A DNA stretch of 64,000 bases from Azolla caroliniana (taxonomy: Eukaryota > Plantae > Polypodiophyta): the NCBI GenBank assembly GCA_043228905.1, contig JBHGNT010000011.1, positions 6,138,001-6,202,000 of the forward strand, given 5' to 3'. Of this stretch, positions 60,936 to 64,000 are shown piece by piece (position 1 is the stretch's first letter; each line of letters begins with the position of its first letter). The notes beneath the pieces were generated by a model. The model saw nothing but the letters and a program-made list of their open reading frames with translations. It had not been told where the DNA came from and made no database searches. The position numbers and the translations under genes are program-made.

Positions 60936-61823
60936 TGTTGGGAGACAAGTCCCTCCGGATGGGAAGGGAGAAGAACAGTGTTGATGAATAAGCTCGGCAG
61001 AGGCCGAAACCAGATGAGGAGTACCCGGCTACGGAGAGCCGATGGTGCAGACCCGATATGAACCGGATGAGGAGTACCCGACTACGGAGAGCCGGATGGT
61101 GCAGACCCGGTATGAACCGGATGAGGAGTACCCGGCTACGGAGAGCCGGATGGTGCAGACCCGGTATGAACCGGATGAGGAGACATATTCGTAAATATGT
61201 TTTTGAGAGTCCATCGAGGCTATATTTGTAAATAGCCGAAAAGTCATATTAGTATAAATATGACTTAGGGCAGACTTTTAGAAGTGTGTTGTCATTTCCT
61301 TGTTGGTGCAAGAAGAAGAGAGAGTGTGTAATAGTGTACAGAGAGAGAGAGAAAGAAAGAGGTCATTGCCTCTGTTGTAACCGCCACCTATGGCGAAGAT
61401 TGTGAGCACGAGGTCGTTGCCTCCGTGAACTCACTGCTGTACATACTAACCTAGTGATAGTTTGCAGCCTGTGGGTTGCCGTGGTTTTTCCCCTTAGTTT
61501 GGGTTTTCCACATTAAACATCCTACGTACCTTTTCTCTCCTTTGTGTCGTGCATTTACTTCTCATTTTTTTTTTTGTGTATGATTCTAAGCTCGGTTGTG
61601 GCCGAGCGTTGTGCATAACGAGCGTTGAGTTCTCGTCAAGTGGTATCAGAGCGAAACGACACAGAAAATGGACGAATCGTTTGGCGGCATGTTCAAGCTC
61701 ACCGGCTCCAACTATTCAGTGTGGAAGTCGAAGATGAGGGACATGCTCGTGGTTAAAGACCTCTGGCTGTCGGTTCAGTTCGGGGACAAGAGACTGGACA
61801 AAATCGACGCCACGATATGGGAG
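60936..61823 (+). mobile_element. 5' end of a Copia family-A element: LTR 60936-61638, PBS-Met, gag start
   Basis: TGGTATCAGAGC at 61641-61652; gag MDESFGGMFKLTGSNYSVWKSKMRDML from 61668; interrupted at 61824. Confidence 0.9.
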
Positions 61824-64000
61824 TGTTATTCTCTGACCGGACAAGGCCTAACACAAGGTGTCACGGAGACACTTCACCAAAGGGTGATTACGGCATAGGA
61901 TTAAGATTCAACGATTACACCAACTTACGTAGGTTACACGATTAGAATGCTTTGGTTAATTACACGCGTAAGATATAACAGTAATTATAGAACGGAAATC
62001 AAGACAGAAGTATAAACATCATAAGCTCTATTAATTATCCGCTGTGATTACAATGGGGTCCGGGCCTTTAAATAGGTTTCCGGCCCGTAGTACAAAACGG
62101 TGCCTCTCGCACCTTTTCGGGATCCGTCCGGATCTGGAACGGCATACCGTTTCCAGTCCGTCCGTCCACACTATGCTCATTTACAACTATATTTAATTAA
62201 TTCCTTCACTCCGTATTTTGGACTCCTTGCCGGCCGGTAACACATGGCACGCCCGTGGGACATTACCTTGTACGTCGAACCCTTCTCGGCCCCTTCATTG
62301 TTCACCCAAATTGTCCAAAATACTTTGTTCAAGAATTTCCACTTGTTCTTCCGGTTGTGGTTGTTGTGGCTGTGCTTGCTGCTGCTGCTGTGGTTGCGGT
62401 TGGGACTGAGGCTGCTCCGGCTGCTCTGCTTGCTGCTGCTGCTCCGTTTGTTTCGCTGACTCCGGCTGCTCCGTTTGTCTCTCTGACTCCGGCATCTCCG
62501 ATTGGCTGCTTCCGGTCCGGTCTCCTTCCAGTAACGGTTCCTCATCACTGAGGTTGACCGTAACCGGTTCTCGTTCTTTCTCTCCCCGGATCCGGGACCT
62601 CTCGTAGCTTTCAAACTGGATCTGCGCCTCCAGCCTGTCGTCGTCCAGCTGAGCTACAAGTTGCCGGACCTGCCCTAGTTGGTCATCTGCCAAGGCTTGA
62701 AAGTCTTCGGCAAGCTCATCTCTTATGCCGGTGAAGTCTTCGGAAGTCAGCATATAGCAATCATCTCCCTCCTTCTGCCGGTTCTCTACGTCGGCCCGGA
62801 GCAATTGGAGTTCCGCCGCGTTCGTGGCCCACTTGGTCCACCATTTGACGGAACCGTTGTCAATCAAGCTCTTGGTCTGGTTCAACCAGGCCCGCATTAT
62901 ATCCTGGATGCGACTTGCTCCCATTTGCGCTCTGCTTTCCACCACTTGTCGCTCCTCCTTCAACTGCTTGATGAGATTCGCCGTATCCTCCGCCTGCTCT
63001 CTGTAGCGCGTCAGCTGCCCTTGATATGTCGTTTGCAGCCTCTGCAGTACCTCCGCCGCTCTTTCTTTTTCCGCCTGCTGTTGCCTGAGGAGCTCTGTCC
63101 GAACCTTCTCCGCCTCTTCCAACCGTCTTCTGGTTTCCGCTTGTTCCTTGGCGAATGCGGTTGCGGTCCGATCCACTGCTTGCCGGAGCTCATCCGTCCG
63201 TTCCTTGTGCTCCGTTTGCAACCGTTTATACTCCCGGTGCAAGTTCTCAAATTCCTCTGTTTTTTGTTTGAGCTTGCCGTTGATCTGGCGATTGTTCCGG
63301 TCCTCCCGGTCCTTTACCTGCCGGAGTTCCTCTTTCAGGCGCTCTACTTCTGTTTCGGCGTTTCTCCGGAGCCTCTCCTTCTCTTGCAGCATTTTCTCCT
63401 TTTCCTCCTTGAGCCGGTCGTACGCTTGGTGGCCTTTCCGTAAGCTCTCCTCGGCCCGGCGTAGATTCTCAGCAGTCTTTTTGAGTTCTGCCTCCGCTGC
63501 CGTCTTCAATTCTCTTTCGCGGCTCCTCAGCGCTTCTTGGGCAGCTAGCTCATCTTTTAAGTCCGCAAGCTCTTGGGCTCGTGCCGCATTTCTCTCCGGA
63601 ACGGTTTCCGTTGCCGGGGTCTGATTGCTATGTACAGGTTGATCTGCCGCTTTATTCTGTACATTGCCCGGAGTCACCGGTGCTTGGACTTGTGTTGTCA
63701 AAGCCAATTGAGCCATTTCCCTTGTGACCCTGTCCAAGTCTTGTTCAAGGCTCCGGATTCTGGACCGGGCCGTCTCTAGATCTACGGTTGTGACGAGCAA
63801 CCGTTCCTGGTGCGCTCTCTCTTCCGCCTCTATATACTCGACCGCTCCGGCGATTTGCTCGCCTACCCACCGTAGCCACATGCTACTGGTGCCTTGCTGC
63901 TGTACTGGTCGTGTCGGCTCATTCACTGTGGAATTGTCTGGCCTGAGTGCCTGCATATGCCGTTCTGGTTCTACTCCTTGGCCGCCGTGTGTGCTGGCTG
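61824..64000 (-). mobile_element. 3' end of a sister Athila-like element (3' LTR 61824-62242, antisense PBS 62245-62261)
   Basis: The LTR resembles 22979-23428 (GGCCTAACACA.GGTGTC..GGA.ACACTTCACCAAAGGG; ends GCCGGCCGGTAACA). Confidence 0.88.
62295..64000 (-). CDS. Intact C-terminal part of the retrotransposon extra ORF (long coiled coil, Q-rich tail)
   Basis: At least 553 aa without stops. ELQLLRADVENRQKEGDDCYMLT.EDF is shared with 23911..24114. Confidence 0.8.
   Translation of the reverse strand, partial: ASTHGGQGVEPERHMQALRPDNSTVNEPTRPVQQQGTSSMWLRWVGEQIAGAVEYIEAEERAHQERLLVTTVDLETARSRIRSLEQDLDRVTREMAQLALTTQVQAPVTPGNVQNKAADQPVHSNQTPATETVPERNAARAQELADLKDELAAQEALRSRERELKTAAEAELKKTAENLRRAEESLRKGHQAYDRLKEEKEKMLQEKERLRRNAETEVERLKEELRQVKDREDRNNRQINGKLKQKTEEFENLHREYKRLQTEHKERTDELRQAVDRTATAFAKEQAETRRRLEEAEKVRTELLRQQQAEKERAAEVLQRLQTTYQGQLTRYREQAEDTANLIKQLKEERQVVESRAQMGASRIQDIMRAWLNQTKSLIDNGSVKWWTKWATNAAELQLLRADVENRQKEGDDCYMLTSEDFTGIRDELAEDFQALADDQLGQVRQLVAQLDDDRLEAQIQFESYERSRIRGEKEREPVTVNLSDEEPLLEGDRTGSSQSEMPESERQTEQPESAKQTEQQQQAEQPEQPQSQPQPQQQQQAQPQQPQPEEQVEILEQSILDNLGEQ

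Noticed and set aside
62295-63956. Host SMC/myosin-like gene
   Set aside because: Lies inside an LTR element, has no introns and is homologous to the extra ORF at 23482-26473.

Overview
Eukaryotic, most likely non-flowering land plant (fern/lycophyte/bryophyte-like), repeat-rich DNA. About 70% is nested retrotransposons with resolvable LTRs, PBSs and TSDs: several Ty1/Copia families, a tRNA-Trp-primed Ty3/Gypsy family with 4-bp TSDs and its Gag-only partner, a self-priming Tcn1-like chromovirus, an Athila-like Gypsy with a large extra coiled-coil ORF, and an RTEX-like LINE. One host gene is present (3 exons, 47749-50979), encoding a vacuolin-like SPFH protein. Three observations stand out. 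(1) Two diverged copies of the Athila-like lineage lack a polypurine tract and carry a second, oppositely oriented tRNA-Arg primer-binding site beside the 3' LTR, suggesting tRNA priming of both cDNA strands. (2) A palindromic LTR element made of two head-to-head 3' halves is flanked by a single 5-bp TSD. (3) A Copia element carries an independent fold-back palindrome. Coordinates were read by eye and may be off by a few bases. Family and tRNA assignments come from motif recall, not database searches.
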